A stretch of 64,000 bases of DNA from NCBI GenBank assembly GCA_965261395.1, contig OZ253462.1, forward strand, positions 3,264,001 to 3,328,000, given 5' to 3'. The notes under the pieces were generated by a model. The model did not search any database and was not told where the DNA came from. It saw nothing but the letters and a program-made list of their open reading frames with translations. A program made the translations under genes and the position numbers. The stretch's first letter is position 1. Every line of letters begins with the position of its first letter. Positions 10,299-19,988 of this stretch are shown piece by piece. The stretch is from Candidatus Latescibacterota bacterium (lineage in GTDB: Bacteria; Latescibacterota; UBA2968; UBA8231).

Positions 10299-12938
10299 AT
10301 GCGCTACATCGCCATCGTTTTACTGTGGGTAGCCGCAGTCCATGCCCAAGGGAGCAGCTACCGGCTCACCGCGGACCAACTCGTGATCGACCGCGCCGCG
10401 CACTGGCGCGCTTGGGAATTCCCGGTGGGCACCCTGACGATCGACGCGAGCGGTACGGTGACGCCGTTTGCCCTGCGCCGCAATACCGACGCGACTAAGG
10501 ACATCGTCCACTTCTTGCGCCTGCATCCGCCCGAAGACCTCGCGCGGGAGAAGGAGACCGAGGAAATCGCGCTCGCGGATGCCATAGAAGCCGGTTCCAA
10601 CGCGCCGGATGTGCTCCATGTGCTCGACGGAGACTTGGCGACCTATTGGGAGCCTGAGCCGGTCGCAGATGCTGCCGAGTTGGGTTCGCAGTGGTGGTTT
10701 ACAATAGATCTGGGCCGGCTGGTCATTGCCAAGCGCATCGTGCTCAAGTTCGTCGAGGAAGGTCTAGGCGATCCCTTCCTGCAGTACGACGTGTTAATCT
10801 CCGACGGCGAGGTACCGGAGAAGTTCATTTCTTCGGAGGAGCCGGAGTTCGATGTGGTGTGGCGCACCTTGAAGCCGAACAAGACCGAGCGGCTGCTGGA
10901 AATTTCCCTCGGCGAGGGCGCGGAGGCCGAGGAGCAGGAACTGTCGGCCCAGCCGATCAACGCCCCGCCGACTTCGGCGATCTCGGTGCCGCAGCAAGAA
11001 TTCGCTGGCACCGGAGTGCGTCTGGTGCAGGTGGTGGTGCGCGGGTCGGACTTCGACCGCGGGTTCGAGGTTAGTCAGGAGGAGTACGAGGCGTTGCCAG
11101 CCGCTGAGCAGGGCGCGATTGTCTATTACAAGTTACAGCGCGACGGGCGTCTGACCGAGGTCGGTGAGGCGGACTATGCGCAGCTATCCGCCAACCAGCA
11201 GGGCGGGGTTTTCTACTATCGCTGGGAGCGGCCCCGGCTGGCCGAACTCGAAGTGTGGCACGAGGGCGACGACGCGATGATTGCCGCCTTGGCCCGAGGC
11301 GGCGACGTGTTTGCCTCTCAGGGGTTGCCGGTGGGGCGGACCATCGACGGCAACGTGCAGACCTATGTGGATCTGATCTTCTCCTTCGACCGCCAGACCA
11401 TTCCCGGCCCCGAAGGCCATCTGAGCTTTGACTTGGGTTCGACGTACTGGATCGACACCTTCCGCATTGCCTACGGCGGCCAGGCGATCCGCGACCGCTT
11501 TAGCTTTCCCTCCTACCGCCTCGACGCCTCGGACGGCGCGCTCAATGCCGATGGCAGCCTCAAGTGGACGACCGTGGCCAGCCGCCAGCAGTCGAGTACG
11601 CGCAAGGAGTATGAGGGTCACGACTTTGCGCTGATCAAGATGCGCTTTTTCCGCATGGTGTGGGAGCAGATCATCGTGCCCGTCGGCGGGCACCGGGGAT
11701 TCCCCGCTTCGGTGCAGCTCTACGGCCAGGGGTTCCAGCCCGAGGTTTGGCTTGAGTCGGGCTTGGTGCGGCTGGGCGGGCGGCGGAACTTGCTGTCGAT
11801 AGAGTGGGACGTCGACGAGCCGCCGGGCACCAGCGTGCTGATTCAGACGCGCACGGGCAATGAGTTGAGCGAGGTGCTGCACTATTTCAAAAAGGATGGC
11901 ACGGAGATTTCCGAGAGGGAATACAACAATCCGACGCTGTTGGACATCTTCAAGGGGCCGATCGTCGCCGAGGAAGTGGAAGGGGACGACTGGAGCGGCT
12001 GGAGCCAGGCCTACGAGGATCCAACGGGCAGCGCGATTACCTCGCCTAGTCCGCGCGAGTTTCTCAAGGTGCGGGCGACCATGCTTTCTGAGGACCCGGA
12101 TATCAGGGCCGCGCTGCGCTCGATCCGCCTCAATTTCACCAGCCCGGTGGCCCAAGGGCTGACGGGCGAGATCGCGCCGTTCAGGGTCGATTCGCTGGGC
12201 GTGGAGCGTCCCTTCTCCCTGTACGTGCGGCCGCAATTCGACCGCCGCGACCCTGGCTTTGACCAGTTGCTGCTGGTCGCGCCGGCGGATATGGCGCTCG
12301 GTTTTGCGGGGCTGTACGCGGGTTCGGCTGGGGACGAGCGCGAGGTGGAGGGCGTCGAGGTCATTCCCACGGACGCGGACAGCTTGCGCCTATCCTTTGC
12401 CGAGATTCGGCCCAATACGGACATTGAGGTCGTGCGCCTCGACTTCCGCACCGCGCTCTTTGGCATGGGTGCGGTGCTGCGCGCATCGCTCCAGCACAGC
12501 GCTGAGGGCGAGGGCACTTGGCAGCGAGTGGATCCAGGCGACGCGCTCGACGAGGTGGCGGGCAATACGACGACGCTGGTGGGTGACCCGACGAGAGGGG
12601 AACTGCTGCTCGATGTGGAGGTGCGCCCGCCGGTATTTACGCCCAATGGCGACGGCGTCAACGACCGCGCGGTTTTCGCCTTCAAAGTCGTGCGTCTGGA
12701 CGACGATGGCCCGTTGGAAGTTGCCATCTACGATCTGAGCGGTCGGCTGCTGCGCCAACTCGCCGAGCAGCGATCGACGAGCACTGGCCAGTACGAGATC
12801 GCTTGGGACGGCACGGACGAGCAAGGGATGCGCGTCCCGCCGGGCGTCTATTGCGCCTTGCTTAGGGTGGCGGTTGATGCTGGGGGATTGAGCGCGGAGC
12901 GGACCAAGGTGTTGCGCACGGTGGCGGTGGCGTACTGA
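10299..12938 (+). CDS. Exported 'family B2' protein with discoidin-like domains and C-terminal FTPNGD/FlgD-Ig domain
   Basis: RBS GAGGAG, ATG10299 and signal peptide ending VHA. Motifs DGDLATYWEP and IDLGR. C-terminus FTPNGDGVND...YDLSGR...WDGTDEQG.RVPPGVY...AVAY. Confidence 0.85.
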   Translation: MRYIAIVLLWVAAVHAQGSSYRLTADQLVIDRAAHWRAWEFPVGTLTIDASGTVTPFALRRNTDATKDIVHFLRLHPPEDLAREKETEEIALADAIEAGSNAPDVLHVLDGDLATYWEPEPVADAAELGSQWWFTIDLGRLVIAKRIVLKFVEEGLGDPFLQYDVLISDGEVPEKFISSEEPEFDVVWRTLKPNKTERLLEISLGEGAEAEEQELSAQPINAPPTSAISVPQQEFAGTGVRLVQVVVRGSDFDRGFEVSQEEYEALPAAEQGAIVYYKLQRDGRLTEVGEADYAQLSANQQGGVFYYRWERPRLAELEVWHEGDDAMIAALARGGDVFASQGLPVGRTIDGNVQTYVDLIFSFDRQTIPGPEGHLSFDLGSTYWIDTFRIAYGGQAIRDRFSFPSYRLDASDGALNADGSLKWTTVASRQQSSTRKEYEGHDFALIKMRFFRMVWEQIIVPVGGHRGFPASVQLYGQGFQPEVWLESGLVRLGGRRNLLSIEWDVDEPPGTSVLIQTRTGNELSEVLHYFKKDGTEISEREYNNPTLLDIFKGPIVAEEVEGDDWSGWSQAYEDPTGSAITSPSPREFLKVRATMLSEDPDIRAALRSIRLNFTSPVAQGLTGEIAPFRVDSLGVERPFSLYVRPQFDRRDPGFDQLLLVAPADMALGFAGLYAGSAGDEREVEGVEVIPTDADSLRLSFAEIRPNTDIEVVRLDFRTALFGMGAVLRASLQHSAEGEGTWQRVDPGDALDEVAGNTTTLVGDPTRGELLLDVEVRPPVFTPNGDGVNDRAVFAFKVVRLDDDGPLEVAIYDLSGRLLRQLAEQRSTSTGQYEIAWDGTDEQGMRVPPGVYCALLRVAVDAGGLSAERTKVLRTVAVAY

Positions 12939-13006
12939 TATTTATCCTCGCCAGAATCAGGACTTGAATTGCCTTTGTACAATAACATCTCCGATGCGAG
13001 AAAGGC

Positions 13007-13456
13007 ATGACCATGCACCGCTTAGATCCCATTCGCACTGAAGCTGATCACGCACGGGCTATGGCCCGTATTGATGAACTATGGGGATCATCCACAGGCA
13101 CTTCGCAGGGGGATGAATTAAAAGCCTTATTCCTGCTGGTAGAAGCCTATGAGCGTGAGTGCTATCCGGTACCTGACGTAGATCCGCTTGTCGCTATCGA
13201 GTTCGCTATGGACCAAGCAGGGCTGACCTCAAAGGATGTGGAATCGTCCTTGGCTCAGAGCGGCATAGTGGATGTTAGTATCGACGATATTTTATCGAGC
13301 AAGCAACCGCTGGGGTTAGATGTAGCCGAAGCCCTTCATCGACACTTGAGCATACCAATGGAGGATCTCATTAAAGAGGAAGAGCAAAAAAAAAGAGAGA
13401 ACCGCATTCATCTAATAGGAAAATCGCAAAGTCTAAGCCACAACGGCTGCAATTGA
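13007..13456 (+). CDS. HigA-like antitoxin (HTH), no adjacent toxin
   Basis: PIRTEADH..A..RIDELW, GDEL..L..LVEAYE...YP, DP..AI.F.MDQ.GL and ALH..LSIP are characteristic of HigA. Confidence 0.75.
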   Translation: MTMHRLDPIRTEADHARAMARIDELWGSSTGTSQGDELKALFLLVEAYERECYPVPDVDPLVAIEFAMDQAGLTSKDVESSLAQSGIVDVSIDDILSSKQPLGLDVAEALHRHLSIPMEDLIKEEEQKKRENRIHLIGKSQSLSHNGCN

Positions 13457-13893
13457 ATGTTCAGACGTCCCGAACCAGCGAAATCGCCTTCAATGTCCGA
13501 CTGTTGGATGTGCTGAGAACCAAGCATCCGCGCTGGCGCGATCACGCCGGCGTGGAGCAACAGGGTGTCCTCCGTGAGACGGCACTGCGGCCGGACATTG
13601 TCATTCGTCCGCCGGGCGGCATTCCGGTGGTCTTGGAGACGGAGTTTATGCCAGCGCGCAGTGTCGAAGCGGATGCCCAAGCCGAGAACATCTTTGAGCA
13701 GTTCAAGGAAAAGGAGTTTCTGCCAGCTAACGAGGCGTATCGGGACGACGCTCGCCAAGCCCTCGACCGAGCCGTCTTGGTGGACCTGTTGCACCTTCCC
13801 GAAGCAGTTCTCGAACCGCTCGCCATTTTGCGCGATCAATGGTGCGCCGAGCCAAGTGTACATGGGGGTAAGAAGACGCAGATTCCAACCTGA
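13453..13893 (+). pseudogene. Internally deleted remnant of a large restriction-modification-like (type IIG-like) gene: N-terminal nuclease start fused to extreme C-terminus
   Basis: The N-half has a PD-(D/E)XK-like PDIVI...VVLETE motif. Around 13680 the sequence switches abruptly to FLPANEAYRD...WCAEPSVHGGK, which I recall as the C-terminus of much longer nuclease-methylase proteins (not verified). A second degenerate 5' copy lies at 20573-20640. Confidence 0.5.
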
Positions 13894-13959
13894 ACAGAAA
13901 GGCATTTGAGATTATATATAACGGGAATTATATTCGCTAATATCGAAAGAGGAGAGACG

Positions 13960-14760
13960 ATGAAGGAGTACGATGTAGAGTGGCTGGAGGTGACAACAGT
14001 GAAAAAAGGCAATAAGGTGTTGGGGCATAGTAAGAAGGGTCGTTATTTGAGCCCCCCTCACTTAGTTGGAATAGAATTTTCCCAGTACGACTCTAAAGAG
14101 GATACCTATGTGATCTATGCGGAAAGTGCCGAACAGGCTGAGTGTCACTTCAGTCAGTTTTGTCAACAGGAGAACATTAACTGTATGCGTGTACCTGAGG
14201 GGCCGGAAAAGAATCCTGATTTTGTGTTCTATCCTTCGGGACAGAAAGTGGCTGTGGAAGTCAAGTGGCGAAATGATGGAGGAATAACAAGGCAGGAGAA
14301 TGGTCTCATTGATCGGGCTCCTAATGGAATAGGTCGTTGGGTATTTGATCAAATAGAAAAGTCTTCATCGCAATTCAAGACGTTTTGGGAACAGGGTGCC
14401 CCTACGATGTTGCTTCTCGTGGATGGTTCTCGTGAGTCTCGATTGGAAGAATATGAGATAGAACGTGGTATGTACGGACATGAGGTGATGGATCTTAAAG
14501 TTCATCCTGATTGGACTGAATGTGTGTGTATAAGGAATGAGCATGAGCACCGAATGGACAATTGTAGGCGTCGAAGGATAAGTGCGGTTGCTCATCTTCA
14601 GAGTTATGGAAAAGTGAATGGGGACGATTCTGACACTGAAGTTTATCATAGACTTTTTGTCTATTATAATCGGTTTGCGGACTACCCTTTAAGTCAAGAG
14701 TGGTTGAAGGATATAGATTTTTCAAGAATTGATTTGATCGAGGGGCAAAACGAGAGATAA
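13960..14760 (+). CDS. Hypothetical protein with PD-(D/E)XK nuclease-like motif, low GC
   Basis: RBS GAGGAG before ATG13960. Motif NPDFVF...VAVEVK. Visibly AT-richer than the flanks. Confidence 0.65.
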   Translation: MKEYDVEWLEVTTVKKGNKVLGHSKKGRYLSPPHLVGIEFSQYDSKEDTYVIYAESAEQAECHFSQFCQQENINCMRVPEGPEKNPDFVFYPSGQKVAVEVKWRNDGGITRQENGLIDRAPNGIGRWVFDQIEKSSSQFKTFWEQGAPTMLLLVDGSRESRLEEYEIERGMYGHEVMDLKVHPDWTECVCIRNEHEHRMDNCRRRRISAVAHLQSYGKVNGDDSDTEVYHRLFVYYNRFADYPLSQEWLKDIDFSRIDLIEGQNER

Positions 14761-14973
14761 ATATAAATTGTTAGAAGCTGTTGAGTCATTCAGACGCACT
14801 TAGCGACAGTGATCTTTATCATATCGATCTAGACGAGCAGAAGCGCCACGTCCAAGAACTAGTGAACAAATCCTGCTAGCTTGAATACCCGCCCCTCAGT
14901 ACACGAACCATATTTACGTTGCCGTGCAGCCCTGTGTTAGGTTAATTGATTTACGACCAAAAGGAGCGTACTA

Positions 14974-15237
14974 ATGGCAAAAACAACGGTCGAAATCCCC
15001 GACCACAAAATGGCAGAGTTGGAAGCCTACAGAGATCGTCTGGGCGATTTATTGTTGCTAGGATTGTCTCAGGTCAAAATCCAGGAAGCCCTGTTGCTCT
15101 ACAAGCGGGGGCTAATATCGATTGGCCGGGCAGCAGAAATCGCCGGTCTGACAGAACAGGAAGTAGTGCAGCAGGCCCGGGCCTTTGGGATCCAACCCCG
15201 CTGGAGTGAGACCCAGATTCAAGAAGAACTGGCGTGA
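14974..15237 (+). CDS. UPF0175-family antitoxin
   Basis: ALLLYKRGLISIGRAAEIAGL motif, RBS AAGGAG, and translational coupling to the PIN gene. Confidence 0.85.
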   Translation: MAKTTVEIPDHKMAELEAYRDRLGDLLLLGLSQVKIQEALLLYKRGLISIGRAAEIAGLTEQEVVQQARAFGIQPRWSETQIQEELA

Positions 15238-15749
15238 AGGTCTTTTGTAATTCCGGCCCTCTGATGGCACTAGGTAAAATTGGTGCTTTGGATATTCTTT
15301 TTCGACTATTCGGTCAGGTAAGTATCCCTATAAGTGTTCATCGAGAAGTCGTTATTGAGGGAGGGACACAAGGACACATTGATGCAAAGAGGGCCGAAAT
15401 AGCGATTCGTCAAAAGCAACTCATCGTTGAGGAGGTAGCCTTTGATGATTTACCATTTGAGATCGCTTCGCTGTCTCTGGATGCAGGCGAAAAAGAAGCT
15501 ATTTATCTCAGTACGCAAGAATCGGGTAGCCTAATACTACTCGATGACCTGAAGGCGAGAGAAGAAGCTAAAAGGCTCGGTTTGACTGTCAAAGGCACAT
15601 TAGGCCTACTTGTTCAAGCCTATCGAGAAAACTTGATTTCCTCTGCTGAAGTCAAAGCCTTTATGGAGACCATCATCACTCACGATGATATCTGGATTTC
15701 AGCCGATCTATGTCGGGAGGTGCTCAAGAGAATCAATATAGAGCAATAA
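15234..15749 (+). CDS. DUF3368-family PIN-domain toxin
   Basis: Motifs NSGPL, LDAGEKEAI, LLDD..AR..A..LG..VKGTLG. GTGA overlap with the antitoxin. Confidence 0.88.
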   Translation: MKVFCNSGPLMALGKIGALDILFRLFGQVSIPISVHREVVIEGGTQGHIDAKRAEIAIRQKQLIVEEVAFDDLPFEIASLSLDAGEKEAIYLSTQESGSLILLDDLKAREEAKRLGLTVKGTLGLLVQAYRENLISSAEVKAFMETIITHDDIWISADLCREVLKRINIEQ

Positions 15750-15809
15750 TAGAACAGTAACTCGCCTCAGGCATCGCCTTTCTATAGGAAACATCAAGAA
15801 CAAATAACG

Positions 15810-17258
15810 ATGAGTAATAGACCCAATATTCTCTTTCTAATGGCCGACCAGATGCAGGCCCGCGTACTCGGTCCCGATCACGTCTGTCAAACTCCGCACT
15901 TGGATCGGCTGGCCGGGGAGGGTGTGCGTTTTACCCGCGCCTATACGCCCAATAATATCTGCTCGCCGACCCGGGCGAGTCTGATGACCGGGCTGATGCC
16001 GCACAACCACGGGGTGCTGGAGGTGCTCTATCCCAAGGTGCCGGATTTACATGCGTTGCGCACCGATAAGGCGCATTGGGCCGAGCGCATGGTGGACGCT
16101 GGCTATCGCACAGGGTATTTCGGCAAGTGGCATATTGAGCGCGATAATGCGCTGGGCCGTTTCGGCTGGCAGGTCAATGGGGTCCGTGGTGGTGCGCTCT
16201 ACAATGAATTGGTCGCCGAAGTGCTGGGAGGTAGGCCGCTGCGACCAGAGTGCGATCCGGCGCATTATCTTGAAGAGCCGCACGGCTATGGCCCCCATCT
16301 GCTCTACGGAGTGACCGACCGGCCGGCGGCAGAGCGCAGCATGGGGCTGACGACGACGCTGGCGCTGCGCTATCTGGAGGAGGCAGTACAAGGCGACGAT
16401 CCGTGGTGTGCGTTCGTCAGCTTTGAGGAGCCGCACGATCCCTTTATCGCCGGCCGCGAATTTTACGACCGCTATGCAGAGCAAGAGTTGCCGCCGCCGC
16501 CCAATGCCGATGATGATCTGGCGGACCGGCCGGGGCTCTATCGGCGGGCGCAGGGCATTTGGCGCCAGCTCAACGAGGAGCACAAGCGTGCAGCGCGGGC
16601 GTGTTATTTCGCGTCGATTAGCGAAATAGATGCCCAATTCGGGCGGGTGATCGACTTTCTTGCAGAGGCGGGCAAACTCGACGACACGATCGTTGTAATG
16701 TGCGCCGACCACGGGGATTTGTTGGGAGCGCATGGTCTGTTCTTCAAGGATATTTCCGCGTTCGAAGAAGTGTATCAAGTGCCGCTTATTGTGCGTGGTC
16801 CGGGGATTGCAAGGGACGCTATTTGCCAGGGGCGAGTTGGCTTGCACGATTTGTGCCCGACGTTGTTGGAACTGGCCGATTGCGAGCCTATTGATGGAGC
16901 CGACTCCCGCTCTTTTGTCGGGCTGTTGCGCGAACCGGCCCATGTCGCCGACGAATGGACCCGAGGGTATGCCGAATACTTTGGCAACCGCCACCGGCTG
17001 ACGCAGCGGGTGGTGTGGGATGGGGCGTGGAAGTTTGTGTTTAACGGCTTTGATTTCGACGAGTTGTACCAGCTAGACGAAGACCCCTATGAAATGAAGA
17101 ATCTGGCGCAGGATCCCGCCTATGACGAGCAGGTTAAAAAAATGACGCGGCTCTATTGGCGCTATGCCCGCGATACGGGGGACACGCCGCTTTTTGAAAC
17201 GCTCTATCCCGCGCTGCGTTTGGGCGCGGTGGGACCGCTGGCGGCGGATGAAGATTAG
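15810..17258 (+). CDS. Sulfatase (Cys-type formylglycine-dependent, choline-sulfatase-like)
   Basis: Motifs RPNILFLMADQ, CSPTRASLMTG, GKWH, DHG and ELY.L..DP.E. Confidence 0.93.
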   Translation: MSNRPNILFLMADQMQARVLGPDHVCQTPHLDRLAGEGVRFTRAYTPNNICSPTRASLMTGLMPHNHGVLEVLYPKVPDLHALRTDKAHWAERMVDAGYRTGYFGKWHIERDNALGRFGWQVNGVRGGALYNELVAEVLGGRPLRPECDPAHYLEEPHGYGPHLLYGVTDRPAAERSMGLTTTLALRYLEEAVQGDDPWCAFVSFEEPHDPFIAGREFYDRYAEQELPPPPNADDDLADRPGLYRRAQGIWRQLNEEHKRAARACYFASISEIDAQFGRVIDFLAEAGKLDDTIVVMCADHGDLLGAHGLFFKDISAFEEVYQVPLIVRGPGIARDAICQGRVGLHDLCPTLLELADCEPIDGADSRSFVGLLREPAHVADEWTRGYAEYFGNRHRLTQRVVWDGAWKFVFNGFDFDELYQLDEDPYEMKNLAQDPAYDEQVKKMTRLYWRYARDTGDTPLFETLYPALRLGAVGPLAADED

Positions 17259-17300
17259 GACTGGGACGAGATTGAGGCCTGTACGGTCGCGCAAAAATAG
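17259..17300 (+). pseudogene. 3'-terminal relic of a deleted enolase-superfamily gene (DWDEIEACTVAQK*)
   Basis: Fourteen codons right after the sulfatase stop resemble the C-terminus of the next gene (DWDWIEDHKT). DNA gactgggacgagattgagg versus gactgggattggattgagg. Confidence 0.45.
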
Positions 17301-17311
17301 AGGAGCTAGCG

Positions 17312-18472
17312 ATGGCACGAAATATCAAGATCACCCGTATCACTACGACGCATTTCAACTGCGAAATCGCCGATCTGGAGCTGGAGGAGCAATTGGGTTT
17401 CGACACGGTCTATAGAAAAGGAGGCCGTCTGTCTCAGAGGGGCGGCTTTCTGACCATCGAGACCAGCGCCGGGATCAGCGGTACCGCGCACGGCGGCATC
17501 GACGCCCGCACGGCGCAGTACTTGCTCGGCCGCAACCCACTGGACCGCGAGATTATCTGGCACGATCTCAAGCGCTCGCGGCGCGGCCAGGACGGCACGC
17601 CACCGGGTTCGGTGGATGTGGCGCTGTGGGATTTTGCCGGTAAGCTCTACGACGCGCCGATCTACGAGCTTTTGGGTGGGGGCTGGCGCAAGAAGTTGCC
17701 GGCCTATGCCTCGACCTACCACGGCGACGAAAACGGCGGTTTGACGACGCCGGACGACTTCGCGCAATTCGCGCTGCGCTGCAAGGAGCAATACGGCTAT
17801 CCGGCGTTTAAAATCCACGGCTGGGTCAACGGGCCGATCGACCGCGAGGTGGCGGCGGTGTTAGCCATCCGCGCGGCGGTGGGCGACGATATGGATCTGT
17901 TGCTCGATCCGGCCGGGTGTTTTCCCACGTTTGAGGACGTGCTCAAGGTGGGGCGCGCCTGCGACGAGGCGCGCTATATGTGGTATGAAGACCCGTTTAG
18001 GGGCGGTGGGTTTTCGCGCTTTGCCCACGCCAAGCTGCGCGAGCTGATCAAGACGCCGATGCTGATGGGCGAACACGTGCGGGGGCTGGAGGCCAAGGCC
18101 GATACGATTACCGCCGGTGCCACTGACTTCGTGCGCGCCAATAGCAGCGCCGATGGCGGCATCACCGGGGTGATGAAGATCGCCGCTATGGCCGAGTCGC
18201 ACGGGCTAGATGTGGAGTTGCACGGCGGCAGTCTGGCGCACCGCCACATCATGGCGACCTTGCGCAATGCCAACTATTACGAGTTGGGTTTGGTGCACCC
18301 GCTGGTCAACGATACCAAGCCGGCGGTTTACAGCGAGAGGCGCTGGCTCGACGAGTTGGATTCGGTGGATGAGAACGGCTGTGTGGAAGTGCCAGAGGGG
18401 GCGGGGTTGGGTGTGGAGTCGGACTGGGATTGGATTGAGGACCACAAGACTGGGGAAATGGTTTACGAGTAG
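17312..18472 (+). CDS. Mandelate racemase/muconate lactonising enzyme family (acid-sugar dehydratase-like)
   Basis: Motifs VDVALWD..GK...P.Y.LLGG, FKIH, WYEDP, GE, GGITG..K and PEG.GLGV. Confidence 0.9.
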   Translation: MARNIKITRITTTHFNCEIADLELEEQLGFDTVYRKGGRLSQRGGFLTIETSAGISGTAHGGIDARTAQYLLGRNPLDREIIWHDLKRSRRGQDGTPPGSVDVALWDFAGKLYDAPIYELLGGGWRKKLPAYASTYHGDENGGLTTPDDFAQFALRCKEQYGYPAFKIHGWVNGPIDREVAAVLAIRAAVGDDMDLLLDPAGCFPTFEDVLKVGRACDEARYMWYEDPFRGGGFSRFAHAKLRELIKTPMLMGEHVRGLEAKADTITAGATDFVRANSSADGGITGVMKIAAMAESHGLDVELHGGSLAHRHIMATLRNANYYELGLVHPLVNDTKPAVYSERRWLDELDSVDENGCVEVPEGAGLGVESDWDWIEDHKTGEMVYE

Positions 18473-18474
18473 CT

Positions 18475-18584
18475 AAGGTGTTGCGCACGGTGGCAGTGGG
18501 GTAATGATCCGATGCGAGAAATGCCAAGATCGACGATATTTTATCAGGTAAGCAATCGCTGAGGCCGATATAGCCCGAGTCTTT
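18475..18584 (+). repeat. Deletion-collapsed copy of 12906-13338 (B2 gene 3' end + higA leader + higA internal segment)
   Basis: 18475-18507 matches 12906-12938 at 30/33 nt. 18508-18521 is identical to 12990-13003. 18529-18545 is identical to 13280-13296, with similarity continuing beyond. Confidence 0.85.
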
Positions 18585-18634
18585 AGTTGCTACTTGGGAA
18601 TATCTATCTATGGAGGATTTCAAGGAAGATATTT

Positions 18635-19987
18635 ATGGACCTTGAGTTGAAAATTAAGAATTTTGGACCAATCGACGAGGCGACCATCCAAGTTGGTCAG
18701 TTTACGGTATTCGCTGGGCCGAACAACACGGGCAAGACGTTCGTGGCGAAGATGCTGTATTCGATGCTTAGTGCTGTGAACGGGAATCATGTGCTAGTGT
18801 TTTTTGCTCAGATGGCTGATACCATAGAATTGGATTTGCGACGTTTCGAGCAGAGGAGTCTAGTAGTAGTAGAACACCCCTTGTCCGCAATTAGAAGTGG
18901 ATTTCAAAAAATTGACTCTATCCTACGGGAGGCGTTTCCAAAGCGTCCGATCCAAAATGGACTTGACTGGTTTAGGGCGATACAACCCGAATTGATGGCT
19001 GAAATGGAGGGGATAAGGGACCATTTCGAAACCCTTAGAAACAACGTTATAACAAAAGGAGAAAGCTCCTCTGCTTTGCTATTCGAGATTCATCCTAACC
19101 TTGAAGCCTCCATAGCTATTTTGGAAAGCTGTTTCGGGGATGTAGAATCGGCGATTCATTTCGGACAGCGATTCAAGTTCCGCCAGAACGTACACGGAAA
19201 TTTTCAATCGTCTGATCTTTCAAATCTTAAAGGAGACGGCGATTCCCCTTTGTATTTTAGCGTCCAAGAGGTGGGAGAATTACAGGAAATAGCAGATTCT
19301 TTCGTGTTCACTCCCTATCCGCAAACCGTTCAGAAGCAGTCATTCTCTGAAGCCTTCTATTTAGAATCGCCGCTTTATTGGAAACTAAAAAGTGCTTTGG
19401 AGTCTATTAAGCTCGACTCACATTCCTCATTCAGGACTTTGAATGGAGTCCCGGATTACTTCTACGACATGGCCGTTGCTCTTAGAAGAAGGCGTATCGA
19501 ACCTCCTTTTGCCGGAATCCACGAAAGTCTTCACGATGCGATTGGCGGGAAGATTTCGCTGAGTGAAGCGGGTGATCTTGAATTTCGACAAAAAGGCAAG
19601 TCAATTCCGCTCTCTCTTACGTCGGCGGGCGTTGCAAATATGGGGATGCTGGCCCTGCTGATTGAGCGAGGAGCTTTAGAGCGAGGCTCTTTTCTTTTTA
19701 TTGATGAACCCGAATCGAATCTCCATCCGGCTTGGCAAGTTGAGATGGTGGAGATCCTTTTTGAGTTAGCCCGTCAGGGTGTCAACGTGGTGATCTCTAC
19801 TCATAGCATGACGATCCTCAAATGGCTTGAGGTGCATGTAAAGGAAAAACCGGAAGACCGGGAACTCGTCAGGTTGAATAAGTTTCCGCCGGATGCCGAA
19901 TGGAACGACGACATGGACGCGGTGATGGCCGAAGTCAAACAGTCGTTGACTAAGCCTTTCTCCGATCTCTACATCAAAGGGCTGTAG
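18635..19987 (+). CDS. ABC-type AAA ATPase (AAA_15/AAA_21-like), probable defence component
   Basis: IKNFGPI, Walker A AGPNNTGKT, Walker B FLFIDEPESNLHP and H-loop STHS. Lower GC than the flanks. Confidence 0.88.
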   Translation: MDLELKIKNFGPIDEATIQVGQFTVFAGPNNTGKTFVAKMLYSMLSAVNGNHVLVFFAQMADTIELDLRRFEQRSLVVVEHPLSAIRSGFQKIDSILREAFPKRPIQNGLDWFRAIQPELMAEMEGIRDHFETLRNNVITKGESSSALLFEIHPNLEASIAILESCFGDVESAIHFGQRFKFRQNVHGNFQSSDLSNLKGDGDSPLYFSVQEVGELQEIADSFVFTPYPQTVQKQSFSEAFYLESPLYWKLKSALESIKLDSHSSFRTLNGVPDYFYDMAVALRRRRIEPPFAGIHESLHDAIGGKISLSEAGDLEFRQKGKSIPLSLTSAGVANMGMLALLIERGALERGSFLFIDEPESNLHPAWQVEMVEILFELARQGVNVVISTHSMTILKWLEVHVKEKPEDRELVRLNKFPPDAEWNDDMDAVMAEVKQSLTKPFSDLYIKGL

Positions 19988-19988
19988 A

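Noticed and set aside
14761-14973. Integron attC site (GTTAGGT near 14937 preceding the TA pair)
   Set aside because: No matching RYYYAAC inverse core or convincing palindrome, no repeated sites, and no integrase in the window.
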